NCBI RefSeq assembly: GCF_031769215.1
Contig: NW_026782081.1
Span: 434,001 to 498,000 of the forward strand
Length of the DNA stretch: 64,000 nucleotides
Source: Ylistrum balloti
Taxonomy: Eukaryota
Reading direction: 5' to 3'
In this document: piece after piece, positions 1 through 13,800 of the stretch
Numbering within the stretch: position 1 is the first letter of the stretch
How the letters are laid out: every line of letters starts with the position of its first letter
Translations under genes and position numbers: made by a program
Notes under the pieces: generated by a model
The model's input: the letters and a program-made list of their open reading frames with translations, nothing else
What the model was told of the DNA's origin: nothing
Database searches by the model: none

Positions 1-189
1 CCCAGGGTGATGATATTTGGCCTGTAGCATGCTGGGATGAAGGTTTACGAAGTTCGTTATAATGACTTTTACCCACTTTCAAGGTGGTGGCTGAGTGCCC
101 TTGATTCTTAAATCCTGGTGAAATAAGTTCAAAATTTGAAATCTTGTATTTTATGTCAGATGACCGTTAAGGCCCATGGGCCTCTTGTT
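1..189 (+). mobile_element. End of a Helentron/HINE-like non-autonomous repeat
   Basis: Terminus tgaccgttaaggcccatgggcctcttgtt (161-189, internal 14 bp palindrome) runs into a T tract. An exact inverted copy lies at 6336-6364. The family call is recollection of oyster repeats. Confidence 0.5.
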
Positions 190-1729
190 TTTTTATTATA
201 GGTTATAAAGTCATTATCTAGTGAAGTATATTTTCCCCTCACACCAAGATATTTTATGTACTGAAAGATGGAAGTCTCTATTGAATAAATTTATGATAGT
301 TTTTGGTACTATGTTTATAGTACATGTTATCTCAAGGCTGATATTTGAAATGTAGTTTTGTGTGAATCAAATTTAAAGGTAAGTTTCTGCTGATTTTCTG
401 AAATATTTCATTATTGCATAGATGCTAAAAATACTTTGGCTTGTTTTTACTGTTACAGTATCAAAAATGATTTCAAAACACTGGTAGCAAAGTGAAATGT
501 TGAAATAAAAAATTAGTTTTACCGTTGAAGTGAACTTATTATAGATAGATAACTGTATTTGATTTATCAGGTGACTCGGGTAAAACCTGGATTACCTCAA
601 GTTCAAAAGTACACTTGTTGTGTATCCATAGGTAGAAATTTCACTGATCTGCTTGTTAACAACATCAAAACGGATCTCATAGGGTACCATTTACAACATA
701 TCAATGTTTATCTTAATCTGTGTTATTTAATTAGCCAATTTTGATCAATAACAAGAGAATTTAAAACATGAAAATCAGCAAAAACCTGTCTTTAATAGGA
801 TGTTTTGTTCTAATTGTGTTTGGCTGAGTGAATATATATGTTCTTATGATCTGTGAATAAGTATGTGCTGTGTCTTATGAACATTTATGACTTTGAATAT
901 TATAAATATACATGATTTTGAATATTCATCAAGTCATGAATACTTCAGAATCTTTTATTTTATTTCTTCATAATTTATTGGTCAAAATGTAGTGCTATAA
1001 TAAGTTCAATTTGGTGCAGATATAAAAACAAGTTTTGATAATTGCATACGTTTTGGCCGACTCCTTGTTCAGTTGTACTGACCAAGGGATATGTATACAT
1101 TTACGTATTGGTAAGAAAGTTATAGACATAATACTATATTGCTCCTGGACTATCAAGGTTTCCTAGAATCTTTTTTTTCCTTGTTTGTGTTATAAGATGT
1201 AATGGTTTATGAATGTTGTGAACATACACAACAACTGAAGCCTAACTGTGATCAAAATAGTGTACCAGTGATTGTGGCCGGGCATTTCATAGCAAACTTT
1301 ACAGATTGGTATCTGTGTGTATTTTGTTGAACACGTTTGAAGACAATTATTCTTTGATTAAAATACCAACATGTACTCTAAATACATTGTACACACATAT
1401 ATATATGTAGATATACTGGATAGCTTGTGTATGTATCAGAATAGGTGTTCAATTGATGTATTGAAATGGTACAGGTGAACTAGTGTGTTGTTCAATTGCA
1501 TGTCAAATCTACAATTACACCTGATGTTATTATTTAACTAACATACATATGATATGAATCTGATATGACATGATCCAGTTTCATATATGCTATCTTCTAA
1601 ACTTCACAATCACAGAATTGCTAACCAATGAATTATTTTTCATGTACAGAAGATTTTTTTTAACTGGAAAGATATTTCTAAATGTTAGTAGAATGTTGTG
1701 AATTTGAAGGGATTTAGATTAAACTTTGA

Positions 1730-1848
1730 CTCATAATCCTGGTAAGATTTGTTGAGTATCACCGGTGATGTAGGCTGTCTTACCCACTCATAATCCTGGT
1801 AAGATATGCTAAATATCACCAGTGATGTAGGCTGTCTTACCCACTCAT
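1730..1848. repeat. Two-copy 57 bp tandem duplication
   Basis: ctcataatcctggtaagat...gtgatgtaggctgtcttaccca occurs twice (1731, 1788). Confidence 0.85.
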
Positions 1849-4653
1849 TACTTTAATTATTTCCTATAAATGATACAGGCAAGATAACAAATTGATCACC
1901 ATTTCATTAATGTTAGATAATAGATCCACGTGTTACTACATGTTTGTATATTAACCAAAATAATGGCATACACAAGATATCCTCAAAGATATGGTGTCAA
2001 AATATTTATATCCAACAACTCCAATTGTTTAAATTTATTTCAGTCACACAATATATACCATAATTAAGAATACTGACGGTGTGTATAATTTATCAGTAGA
2101 CTTCTTCCTTTACTTGCTGTACAAACTCTTTGTGATGATCAGGGTTACATTCGGCGATTCCTTTAAACAAGGATATGATAGGCATGATAAACATTTATAT
2201 GGCAGGCATAAAGGATTTTCTATGGATGTATTGGTGCCTTTTACCACATATCAAGTTAGGTTCATAGATTACATGTCTGTAATCTGTTTTATTTATACTT
2301 TGGAAACTTGATGGAAGAAGTTTTTCATCAAAGTCATGATAAACTGATTTCTTGTGTGATAGTTTCCAAGACATACCTCCTTGTACAGTATGATTGTTAG
2401 TGGTTGCTTTTGATTGCTTAAACATTGATATTATTTCCTTATTATATAATAAGTAGTTTTATGCCTTAAAATTCACTGCGTTGTTAATATGTTTATTCCC
2501 ATATAAAATACTTTTGCTAGAAACAGCTTGTAAAGTCTTGTCCCAGCTTTCTTAACTTTGTGTTGATATTTTTATATTTGTGGTTTATGAGTATCTATTA
2601 ACAAAAGTTGTGGAAATGTTGGGTGTTGAAAAGTCCTATAAGTGTATAAAGTACTTAACTTCATGTAAATTTTCTAGTCATGAAGTGTTAAGTCAAAGCA
2701 AAACATGCTAGTCTATTGTGATGTTCACGTAAAATAAAATTTCTATAACACAGTTCAAAAGAAAGAGGAGAAAATGCCAGAAGAAAATAATGCCAAAAAT
2801 TGAAAATACTACTGTAACCAAACCATCAGTGCATAGCTTCCAGTAGGGGATAGGGGTAGTGCCATTATTCATAAGCTTCGGGTGTTTTGTGCTTCCATGA
2901 ATACAATTATTGTAGTACTTGTGTATTGCACATGTGTCATCTGAAACAAAACTTACAACGAAAATTGAAATTTTGATCTTCTCTTGCTTTTGATAAGCCA
3001 GATATATTGTGTTCACATTTACAGAAGGGTGAGTTTTGTTCTCATAACTGTGTTCAAATAGTTGTTTTATAATATTATGTTTTATTTGTTGGACAATAAC
3101 TTGAAACATTAGTCTGACAGTCATGCTGAGTAATTAAGCATATATATTGTTTTACGAGTGCTCAGATTTATTCCTTTATGTTCACAAATACAAAATTTGT
3201 ATGTCTAGAGGCAGTGTTGGTAGCTGGCTGTTCTAACTGCATATACTTACATTACCTTCTGTTTAAAATCATTATCATCTTGTACAAAATTCTGTCCTTT
3301 GAAATATATACCATTAATGTTATTAAGTAGTCAAACAGCCACCTCAGGGAACTGAAAAGCATTTCTTTTATGTATGAGGTAGTCTTTGTATAATGTTCAG
3401 TCAAATGAACTACGAAGAATAAGTACTTTATCACATACTACCTTGTTATCAGTGTAGTAACCCCCTGTTACATGATTTTGTGTTTTCAGACATGTTAATA
3501 ACACCCGACAGAGCTGCGATTGGCTGAAGGTTGTCATTGTCATAGCTTCATGAGATCATATGCATTATAAGGTTACAATGTTATAAGAAAGGTTATATGC
3601 TGTGAGAATATCGCCAGTTTTGATTTTGTATTAGTTTAAAAAAAATACTGTTTTCACCACTGTTTACAAAAGTATCATGTGATAAGCAAAATCAAGACAC
3701 ATTTTAGTCTTTGCATTGTAAATTTTATACAACTCAAGTACAATGTATATTTTTTGAACAATCATTTGAATTGCAAAGAAAGTAACACAGCAATCCCAAT
3801 TTTAAACACTTTCATCCAGTTAGGTTTCTAACCTCCAAAAAGCAATCTCCAAGTATTGTACTTAAGATGATCAAATTAACACAGTTATGAATGATGCTGC
3901 CTGTTTAGCTAGTGTTAACATTTTAAAGAAGATGAATATATTTTGACTTGTTAATTTATTTTTTTGTTGTTTGTGAACCACTGTTGTTAGCCAAACATTA
4001 GATTAAATTACTGTAAGACGGAAAGTCTTCTGACCTATATATTTGGTTCATATCATTTGAATCATTTATGATAAATAACTCCTAAGTGATTTATTTACAT
4101 GTATCGAATCATATATCTGATGATGGTAGAAGACTTATACAACTTGTTATGAATATTTCACATCTTACAGGACAATCTTTTGTTTTCCTCTCTTTTTTTT
4201 TAAATTTTTTTTGGGCAAAGCCTTCCCTCAGTTAGTAGTTCAATTTTACATATATGCCATATGTTGATGCTAACCTTGTACTTTGTAGAATAGAAGTCAT
4301 GATGTATGAATAACTGGAATTGTGTTGAATGAATGTGAGGTTGATTGTACATGTATTTCTTGAATGTATGGTTATTGCTCAACCAATCAAATTTTGAGAA
4401 CTACTTGAATTGGTCAGCATAGGAACATGGCCATGATGTCCTTTTCCAGGAGTTTGGCTAGCAAAAGCCATGAATATAGACAATAGATTGACCTACAACA
4501 GGGTACATGCTATTGGTACCATTAGAAGTACAATATATATAATCTTGAGTTGCTTGTGCCCCAATGGATGCGAGTGTGACTTGTCTGAAATATAAAAACT
4601 ATTGAACTCACTATCGTGAAATCATGCAAAAATAAAAAGAATTCAACAGAAAA

Positions 4654-4659
4654 TTTATT
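4654..4659 (-). terminator. Candidate ANAPC5 polyadenylation signal
   Basis: AATAAA on the minus strand about 215 nt after the stop. Confidence 0.3.
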
Positions 4660-4874
4660 TTATTTTATCTTTGAGATGATAATGGAAAACATCTTTATCA
4701 TGTAGACTCGTAAAGAGGCCAAGGAGGTCCAAGAAAAGTCTGCAGTTCTTGCCATGTAAAATTTTCACACAAGTGACATGTATTTGATGTTGAAGTTTTC
4801 TCTGATGGTGCCACAATGTTTTGAAGCATAGAGTCTAGGAGTTGAACAACTCTACTTATACATGTCCTTTCCTC

Positions 4875-7800
4875 TTACAAAGCATTAACTATTACTCTGT
4901 TTTGTGTAGGAAACTGTAGGTCCAGTTGTCTGAACTGATAAGCACATTTATTTCGCTCCGACGTGTAACCCAGTTCATTATATAGTCTTGCTAAGTAATA
5001 TGTAGCATCCTTCACTCTTAAGGAAGCATCAATTTTCTTGAACTTCTCTATCACGTTCGCAATCATGTTGATGGCAAGTAACAATGCTGTAAAAAAAAAA
5101 AAATAAGACCACAAAATAAATGATATCAAAATCTGTTGGCAGGTTTCTGCAGGTGCAAATGGCCAAATAAATTTCGCTGAAAAGTAGAAAAGTTTAAACA
5201 ACGTCCATCAGAGACGGGTCAGGCTCCCCAAATGGGACAAAATTCAAGAATGAAAAATAACAAGGGACAATTATTCCTAAATAATGCAAAGAGAGTTATG
5301 GTTCTTGTACAATGCACTTCTCATCAATATCTATCTATGTTGATACCACTTATGGATTTTGTGCTATGCTTCGGACAAAATTGATAGATAGACTGATGAA
5401 CAGATGGATGAACAAAGTAGCAACTATATGCTCTCCCTTCAGGGAACATAAAAATTAACCTGGTAATAGACTGTTTCCCCAGAATAATGAAATTCACATC
5501 CAATGAATGAAATACTGAAGTAATTCTCTGGGTTTTTTTGGTTATTTTATCCCCTGATTTTTTATCCTAATGCATATTGCATCCCCAGGAACACACATTA
5601 TTTCTCTACTTTATAAAAAGTCTGTACAAACCTACTGTAATTAGTGTCGGTCAGAGTGACACACATTTATTTCTAATTGAGAGATATTATAAAGCAATAA
5701 CTGCAGCAACAATTTATGATATCATAATAGTAACATGGATTCTGGAGTCCAATGAAATTGTACAGCACTCACGATAATGAAGATTCTCAATCTGGTGAAC
5801 AAGGAAATCATAGCTAGAATTTAACATACCTGTCTTGCGTTCTTTTTGGGGACTGTCTGCATTAGCAGCCACCTGGCAGCGAGCATAGCAGTACATAGTG
5901 CGAGCCTGATCATACATACTTCCATGAGAGAATATCTGAACCATCTGAGTGTGTAAAAGTTTGAGAGCCTGCTCTGGCAACTTCATCTGGAACTGGGAAG
6001 GAAAAAAAAAGCATTTACGTAATTCAGTTTACAATCTAATGATGCCAATGTTTCAGGTCCAAAATGTTGAAGCTGTGATCTGATTGGGTATTGACTTTTG
6101 GAAACATTGGAAAGGCAACATGATGATGTTAGAGTGTTTTGTAAATATCATGGTGATAAATATACCTTTGAAAAATTAATTTAATATTCTTCCTTTAAAA
6201 TAGCCTTATTAAAAAAAGTAATTACTTTTGACTAAATTTTTGGGTGCTCTGATGTTTTAATGATGACTGTGCACTTTGAATAATACAAAGGCAGTTCAGA
6301 TTTCATGTAAGTAAATAGCCACAACTTGATAAATTAACAAGAGGCCCATGGGCCTTAACGGTCAATCAACTACAAAAATTTTCAGCAAGGAAAAGGCTTA
6401 TATTTTTTACTTTTACAATGTATTCTTACCTCGAAGCTAGTTTTGGTGAGGATTAGGTAACTGGAACAAGTGTTACCTATTTTTAGACAGTAAAGTTGCA
6501 GCTCAATCCAACTGGTAAAACTTGAGAAGAAGTTTCAAAAATAGGTGTTGCACAGGAAAACCATGATTGTGCAATCATTTTAGAAATTGGCCACCCTGGC
6601 TGTCATATGGAAGTTCTGACAAGGTAAAAAAATACTAACACTTTGTTAGCTACCTTTCCTTAACATTTCTAGCTCAATGGCACCAGAGAAACTGGAGGAG
6701 AAGTTTAAAATATGTTTTTCAAGATGGTGGCCATCTTGGATTTCAGACATATCCAGAAAAAAAACAACAGTTGGTCAGGACCATCTCAGGATCATTTTAT
6801 GCAAGTTTGAGCTCAATTCCATCAGTGAACATGAGAAGAAGATTGAACTGTCAAACGTTTACACACCAAGGATAGCACACAATAGACGATGACAGACGAA
6901 GTACAATGGCTATAGATCATCATGACCCTTCAGAACAAGTCCATTGGTGAATTTGATCTCCTGTTTTCGTTGGATAAAACAAAGTAAGGACATACAGGAA
7001 TATTCATCAGACCAAATGGTTCAACCTAATTGCCTTACAGAAAAGTCTTTAGTATGTGAAAGTTGCCATGGAGTGTTAAACTGATCCATGTAGGATGTAT
7101 TTTGCCTACCTGGATGAAAGCAAGATGTACAGTAGCTATAGCAATAGTGTACTGGAGGTGGTGCTCTTTAGCATGAGTGAGACAATCGAGGACATGAGAT
7201 AAAGCCGACGTGTGGTTTCCTGTCTGTATGTACAGCTCAGCCAATGTCAGCAGCACTCTGCAATATAACACAACTATGTGTACCTAAACAAAACATAGAA
7301 AACAGCTCAACATACCAGAAATTAATACAATGAAATATGCAAAATGTTCCAGAATACAACACCCCAGAAAGTAACACATGGAAGTACAGCTTCACACCCC
7401 AGAAAGTAACACATGGAAGTAGAGCTCCACACCCCAGAAAGTAACACATGGAAGTACAGCTTCACACCCCAGAAAGTAACACATGGAAGTACAGCTTCAC
7501 ACCCCAGAAAGTAACACATGGAAGTAGAGCTCCACACCCCAGAAAGTAACACATGGAAGTACAGCATCACACCCCAGAAAGTAACACATGGAAGTACAGC
7601 TTCACACCCCAGAAAGTAACACATGGAAGTACAGCTTCACACCCCAGAAAGTAACACATGGAAGTACAGCTTCACACCCCAGAAACTAACACATGGAAGT
7701 ACAGCTTCACACCCCAGAAAGTAACACATGGAAGTAGAGCTCCACATCCCAGAAAGTAACACATGGAAGTACAGCTTCACACCCCAGAAAGTAACACATG

Positions 7801-10800
7801 GAAGTAGAGCTCCACATCCCAGAAAGTAACACATGGAAGTACAGCTTCACACCCCAGAAAGTAACACATGGAAGTAGAGCTCCACATCCCAGAAAGTAAC
7901 ACATGGAAGTACAGCTTCACACCCCAGAAAGTAACACATGGAAGTAGAGCTCCACACCCCAGAAAGTAACACATGGAAGTACAACTCAATATATCATGAA
8001 TTAATACAATGAAATACAGTTCAACATTCTTGAATGTTTGAATCCTGTCATTAAGTCATTTAAAGATTTTAACATATTTGATCCCTGTGGCCTTGAAAGT
8101 AAGTCAAGGACATTCATTTGAACAAACTATGCAGCTCTTCATCCCAGCATGCTAATGCCTTTAATCAACATTCTGGGTCTTTCAGTTCTTGAACTTGAGA
8201 AGAAGTCATTTCAAAATTTTCACACATTTAACCCCTAAGACCTTCAAAAAAGCTCAAGGTCATTCATTTAAACAAAATTAGTGGCCCTTCATCTCAACAT
8301 GCTACAGCTCAATATCAGCACCGTGGCCCTTTTGGTTTTTGAGAAGAAATTGTTTAAAGATTTAAACACATTTGATCCCTGTTACCTTGAAAGTGGGTCA
8401 AAGTCATTCATTTAAAATTGGTAGCCTTTCCCACAAATGACCTGATAAAAGACAGCTCATCATACTGGAATATAACACACTGAAACACAACTCAACATAC
8501 AAAAAAAAAGCACTGATACCAGAATTTTATACAATGAAATATATGCTTAATGTACAAGAATACATCACACTAAAATACAGCTGAATGTATCACACCATCA
8601 CTCTTCAGCATACAGTACCTGCAGGGATAGTCTGGAGTGTATTTAGACTGGTTTTGTCGATATTTCTCCATCAGGCTGTGAAGGGAGTTGAGGGCAGTGG
8701 GTATGTCTCCTTTCTCTTTGTTGAGCATGGCACTCCTGGGATAAGCAAAAATGCATATCAATAGTTCAATATTAATCTTACTATAGAAATTGTTGAATAG
8801 GTTTGGCAATGATAAAACGAATGGTATATTTTAATTCAACACTTAACACAACTAAAAACTTGTGAATCTTACTTAAGGTAAGAAACTTTCCTAAGATTAG
8901 TGACCCCTACACAAAACATGTACCCAAACAAAGACTGGTGACTCCTACACAACACTTATGACCTCTATAACAAAGATTTTACCTTACATGTTTGTTCCCT
9001 ATAAGAGAGATATGAACTCTAAGACATGTACTATACAAAGAACTGGTCACCTCCCTAAGGACAACATGAACTTAACCTGAGACTTGAGGCACTACATTGG
9101 AGACATGAACCCTATCAAAAGTCCATCCCCACCGGAGACATGGACTAAGTTCACTCCTGTTGGAGACATGTCATGGACTTCCCTGTGACAACCCCAACTA
9201 GACAAAGAAACCTTACCTAAGACAGGCCTCGTCCTCATCCAGTCCCCGAAGGTTGTTGACAGCCTGCTCAGTTGCCGTCCAGTTTCTATTGAGAAGCGTT
9301 TTATCAAATTGGATCTCCTGTTCACATGACATCCATATGTGTGCATGTTGTGTGTGAGAAGGGAACCTCTGTTTTGCCGTGTTAATGATATCTAGGGCGG
9401 AAGAGTAATGACCCTATTGATAAAAGATAAATGTAAAATCATTAATGTCATTATCATATATAACACCATGTTTGTCCTTTAATAAGCACATGGGGCAAAA
9501 ACATAATCTCTGAGTCAAGATGGGGATATATATATTACAGGGCAGTGAAACAGCATTAATGACATTCCTACAAAACTATAATAGGTAAGCTTAATACATT
9601 GGATTACTTCAATACTGACAGGTATTTTGTAATGAGAGACAACCTACCTGATCAGAAAAGTGTCTGGCCATGTCACATAGTGAGATACACACAGACTCCC
9701 CATTGTGGTAAATACCACTGTCTGATGTGTCTAGGTTCAGAACCAGCTGGCTAGACATGGAGGAGTTCTCTCTAGAAATATAATAATAGTGTTATAGACA
9801 GACATTTAATGATAAGTGGTGCTACAGACAGATAGACATATAATGATAAGTATTACAGACATACAGACAGACAGACATATAATGATAAGTGGTGCTAGAC
9901 AGGTAGACATATAATAAAAGGTGCTACAGACAGATGAACAGATGGATGGACAGATAGAAATATAATGATAAATGGTGCTATAGACAGATAGACATATATA
10001 AGTAGTACAGACAGATGGATGGACGGATGGACAGACAGACATATAACGAGAAGTGGTGCTATAGACAGATAAACATATAATGATGTAAGTGTAAGAGATG
10101 AACATATCAAGCTATCTGTAAATATAACCAATGAATCAAGAAACTCTAGCATCATTCGGTCAGAAAAATTAACGACATACTGTCAACACACATATCTTAA
10201 TGTTAATCTTTTTTTATTACTGTTTGTGCTGAGTGCAATGTGTTCAATTATGATTGTGCTAATTACTGTTTCTTTACACTGTTTTCTATTGCAATTTTTG
10301 TAGATATACTTATTCATCACTGAGTTAATCTGTGTACATTCATATTTAGTTATGCAATAAAATCTGAGTGTGTCAATATAAGTAGGTATACAGCAGATAT
10401 TATTGATGAAACAAGTCAAAATAAAAGGAAAAAAATGCAATGAGTTTCATAAATCTCATATCAAATTATTACATCACTTGAATACATTTGTAAAAATTTT
10501 TGAAAACAGCATTTATAAGATTAACACAAATCTCAAATCAGCAGTATTTTTGGTAATGCCATTTAGCATAAGACACCATAAGGGGATTAAAAATACAATA
10601 TATATATTGATACAACATCAGAATTAGGGGATTTAAAATACAATATATATATTGACACTTCTCAGAATTAGGGGATTTAAAATACAATATATATATTGAT
10701 ACAACATAGAATTAGGGGATTTAAAATACAATATGTATATTGACACATCACCAAATTAGGGGATTTAAAATACAATATGTATATTGATACAACATAGAAT

Positions 10801-13800
10801 TAGGGGATTTAAAATACAATATGCATATTGACACATCACCAAATTAGGGGATTTAAAATACAATATATATATTGATACAACATAGAATAAGGGGATTTAA
10901 AATACAATATGTATATTAATACAAAATAGAATTAGGGGTTTCGGGATAAACTGTCTTCAGGTGTTTCATTTGTTCATCTAGACTTCAAAAGCACCCTTAC
11001 TACTTAGTATACTTTCTGACACAAATTAGTTTTTTTAGTATAACTATGACATAGTATCAGCCCATATTAGTATAGTATGCATAAAGAGTCCAGAATATGT
11101 AACCCTGTTCGTAAGCATTACCTTTTGCCGTACATGTTCCACAGTGCACCTTTCTGGGCATAACTCACACACATAAAGTGGGACTGTGAGTGTTGGCAGT
11201 TCAATATGTCACTCTTCAGGAGGAAGTCAAACACACTGCACCAGAAACAATTATTATCAGAAAAAAATGTACTCATTGTCAGACAGATACAGACTGTTAA
11301 CGTACGATCTCACTTTTCTATCACACGTCTTTCTACATCATCAAAGATAACATTTAACATTTCATATCATTTAAAATTCTACTTAACCTCTGTGAATCAA
11401 AATTAATATCTGTGGACTATGGACATTACAGATGCTACACTAATGTTTTACTAGAAAATCTCAACTCAGAGATCTATCATACTTTGCCTGTACTATTTTA
11501 AGCTTGTTCAGACTAATGCCTCTGACAAAGGTACGATCAGAACATTTTAAAATTATATACATGTCTCCAGGATAGACATTCTCCTCTTTAGCCTAATATA
11601 TGTGATTATCTATATATAATCCAATATCTAATTTCAAAGGAATGATTTCCAGCTGTTTAGCTGATGTTTATTATATTTAAAAGGTAGAATAGATCAGTAG
11701 GCTTTTAATTATTATTTTGTTTTATTACACAAAATACTTTCTTATCATTAATCTATGGATCAGTTACTTATTTACATCCGACAAAAACTTTTGACAAAGG
11801 CCCTGAAGTCAATATACATTACACATCCAAACAGATCAAAACTTCAATGATCGTTTTTCACTCACAGAATTTTTTGGAGCCAATTCTGCTTGTGACAGGT
11901 AATGGCAGTAATGTAATGCCATGATTAGTATCACATTACCCCGATATTTTCTGACAGGCAGAGTTATCTACCTTTGTCCGGCAGATAAAACAACATAATC
12001 CTTGGTCGACTAAATAATTTGTACTTTACCTTGCAGGCTTGGCGGTAGCAAAAGCATTATGACGAGCAAGTGCTTGAATTCCAAGAGATGTGATATTCTG
12101 AAAATTGAACATCAAATCTAGAGATACAGAATACCACACAATAATATTGTTTCCAAGAAAAACATTTTAGTACCCATATCTACCCATAAAGTCTCCTCAA
12201 GTATAGCAATTATCATACATCTGAATACAATCTGGTCCTTCCATTGGTTCACTGTTTCTATAAACTCCAGGGTGTTAAGAAAGTTTAATTTATATATCAT
12301 AATAAATAGAGAGTTTCAAGGAAGTAGCAAAAATTTCACAAAGACCTAATAAATAAATAAATTATCTTTTAATTATTTACTCATGTGTATTTCAATCTGA
12401 TAACAACAAGAATAAGTTATGAGTGGAAAACTCCTTTAGTTTTGTGGCACCTTGTCACTGTAGCTACATCTCTATACACATCACTCCCACTGTAACTTGG
12501 AACAAAATAAAATTCTTGAAAGAGTGAGCGTTACAAAGCTAGATCTCATCTAGTAGCATTAACTGCATTTGTTGACAATAATGGCTTCCAAATCACCACA
12601 ATCCTGTTTACATCTTGGTCTAAAATTTCCCAAACAGAAAAACAAAGCACTTACACTTGTTGTTCTGGTCAGCCCTGGAGACAAAACCTTCCTAACAGAT
12701 AGAGATAAAAATATAGACTGCAGGCCAACCTAGAATTCTCTATCTTGATTGGGGGTTATATCTCACAACAGGGAGACAGATATTGACATACTTATAAACT
12801 ATGACATCAGACAAGCTGTCCTAGTGACCACTACTCTGTAACTTACTTGGAGAGAGAGATCAAGACTTTTGCCGATTAACTGTGCCATCAAACTTGCTGT
12901 TCTAGCAACCTCGACTCCTCTCAAACTTACTGGGAGAGAGATCAAGACTTTTCCTATAGACTGTGCATCAAACTTGCTGTTCTAGCAACCCCGACTCCTC
13001 TATAACTTACTGGGAGAGAGAGATCAAGACTTTTGCCTATAGACTGTGCATCAAACTTGCTGTTCTAGCTGACCCTGGCTCCTCTATAACTTACTGGGAG
13101 AGAGAGATCAAGACTTTTGCCTATAGACTGTGCCATCAAACTTGCTGTTCTAGCTGACCCTGGCTCCTCTATAACTTACTGGGAGAGAGAGATCAAGACT
13201 TTTGCCTATAGACTGTGCCATCAAACTTGCTGTTCTAGCTGACCCTGGCTCCTCTATAACTTACTGGGAGAGAGAGATCAAGACTTTTGCCTATAGCTCC
13301 TCTATAACTTACTGACTTTTGCCTATAGACTGTGCCATCAAACTTGCTGTTCTAGCTATCCTGGCTCCTCTATAACTTACTGGGAGAGAGAGATGACTTT
13401 TGCCTATAGACTGTGCCATCAAACTCCTTTTGCCTATAGACTGTGCATAACTTAACTTAATGGGAGAGAGAGATCAAGACTTTTGCCTATAGACTGTGCC
13501 ATCAAATTGCTGTTCTAGCTGATCCTGGCTCCTCTATAACTTACTGGGAGAGAGAGATCAAGACTTTTGCCTATAGACTGTGCCATCAAACTTGCTGTTC
13601 TAGCTGATCCTGGCTCCTCTATCCTGTGCTGCCAACTCTGCAATAAAAGAAACAGTCTCAATCACAGGAAAATACCCTGGTATACAAAAATAGCACCTGT
13701 TGATTACTCAGTTTACCTGGTGTCACAATAATCTTACATACTATATAATTTCATGACAGGTCTAATTTACACAGGAGCTCCTACCAATGCATGCTGTAGA

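Noticed and set aside
571-635. Possible plus-strand exon encoding GDSGKTW (Asp-box-like)
   Set aside because: It is a single short motif after one AG with no neighbouring exons identified; other frames look equally plausible.
2081-3434. Several 60-138 aa ORFs downstream of ANAPC5
   Set aside because: They have AT-rich low-complexity composition, no recognisable motifs and no consistent exon chain.
161-6364. Exact 29 bp inverted repeat pair enclosing the ANAPC5 3' end, as if a composite transposon
   Set aside because: Each copy is the terminus of a separate repeat whose body extends away from the enclosed segment, and there is no TSD.
7358-7985. Regular repeats superficially like a CRISPR array
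   Set aside because: There are no unique spacers and no cas genes, and the context is a eukaryotic intron.
7237-7989. Overlapping Cys-rich ORFs (MCYFLGCEAVLPCVTFWG...) in the ORF track
   Set aside because: They are translations of a 35 bp intronic minisatellite in several frames, with no splice or homology support.
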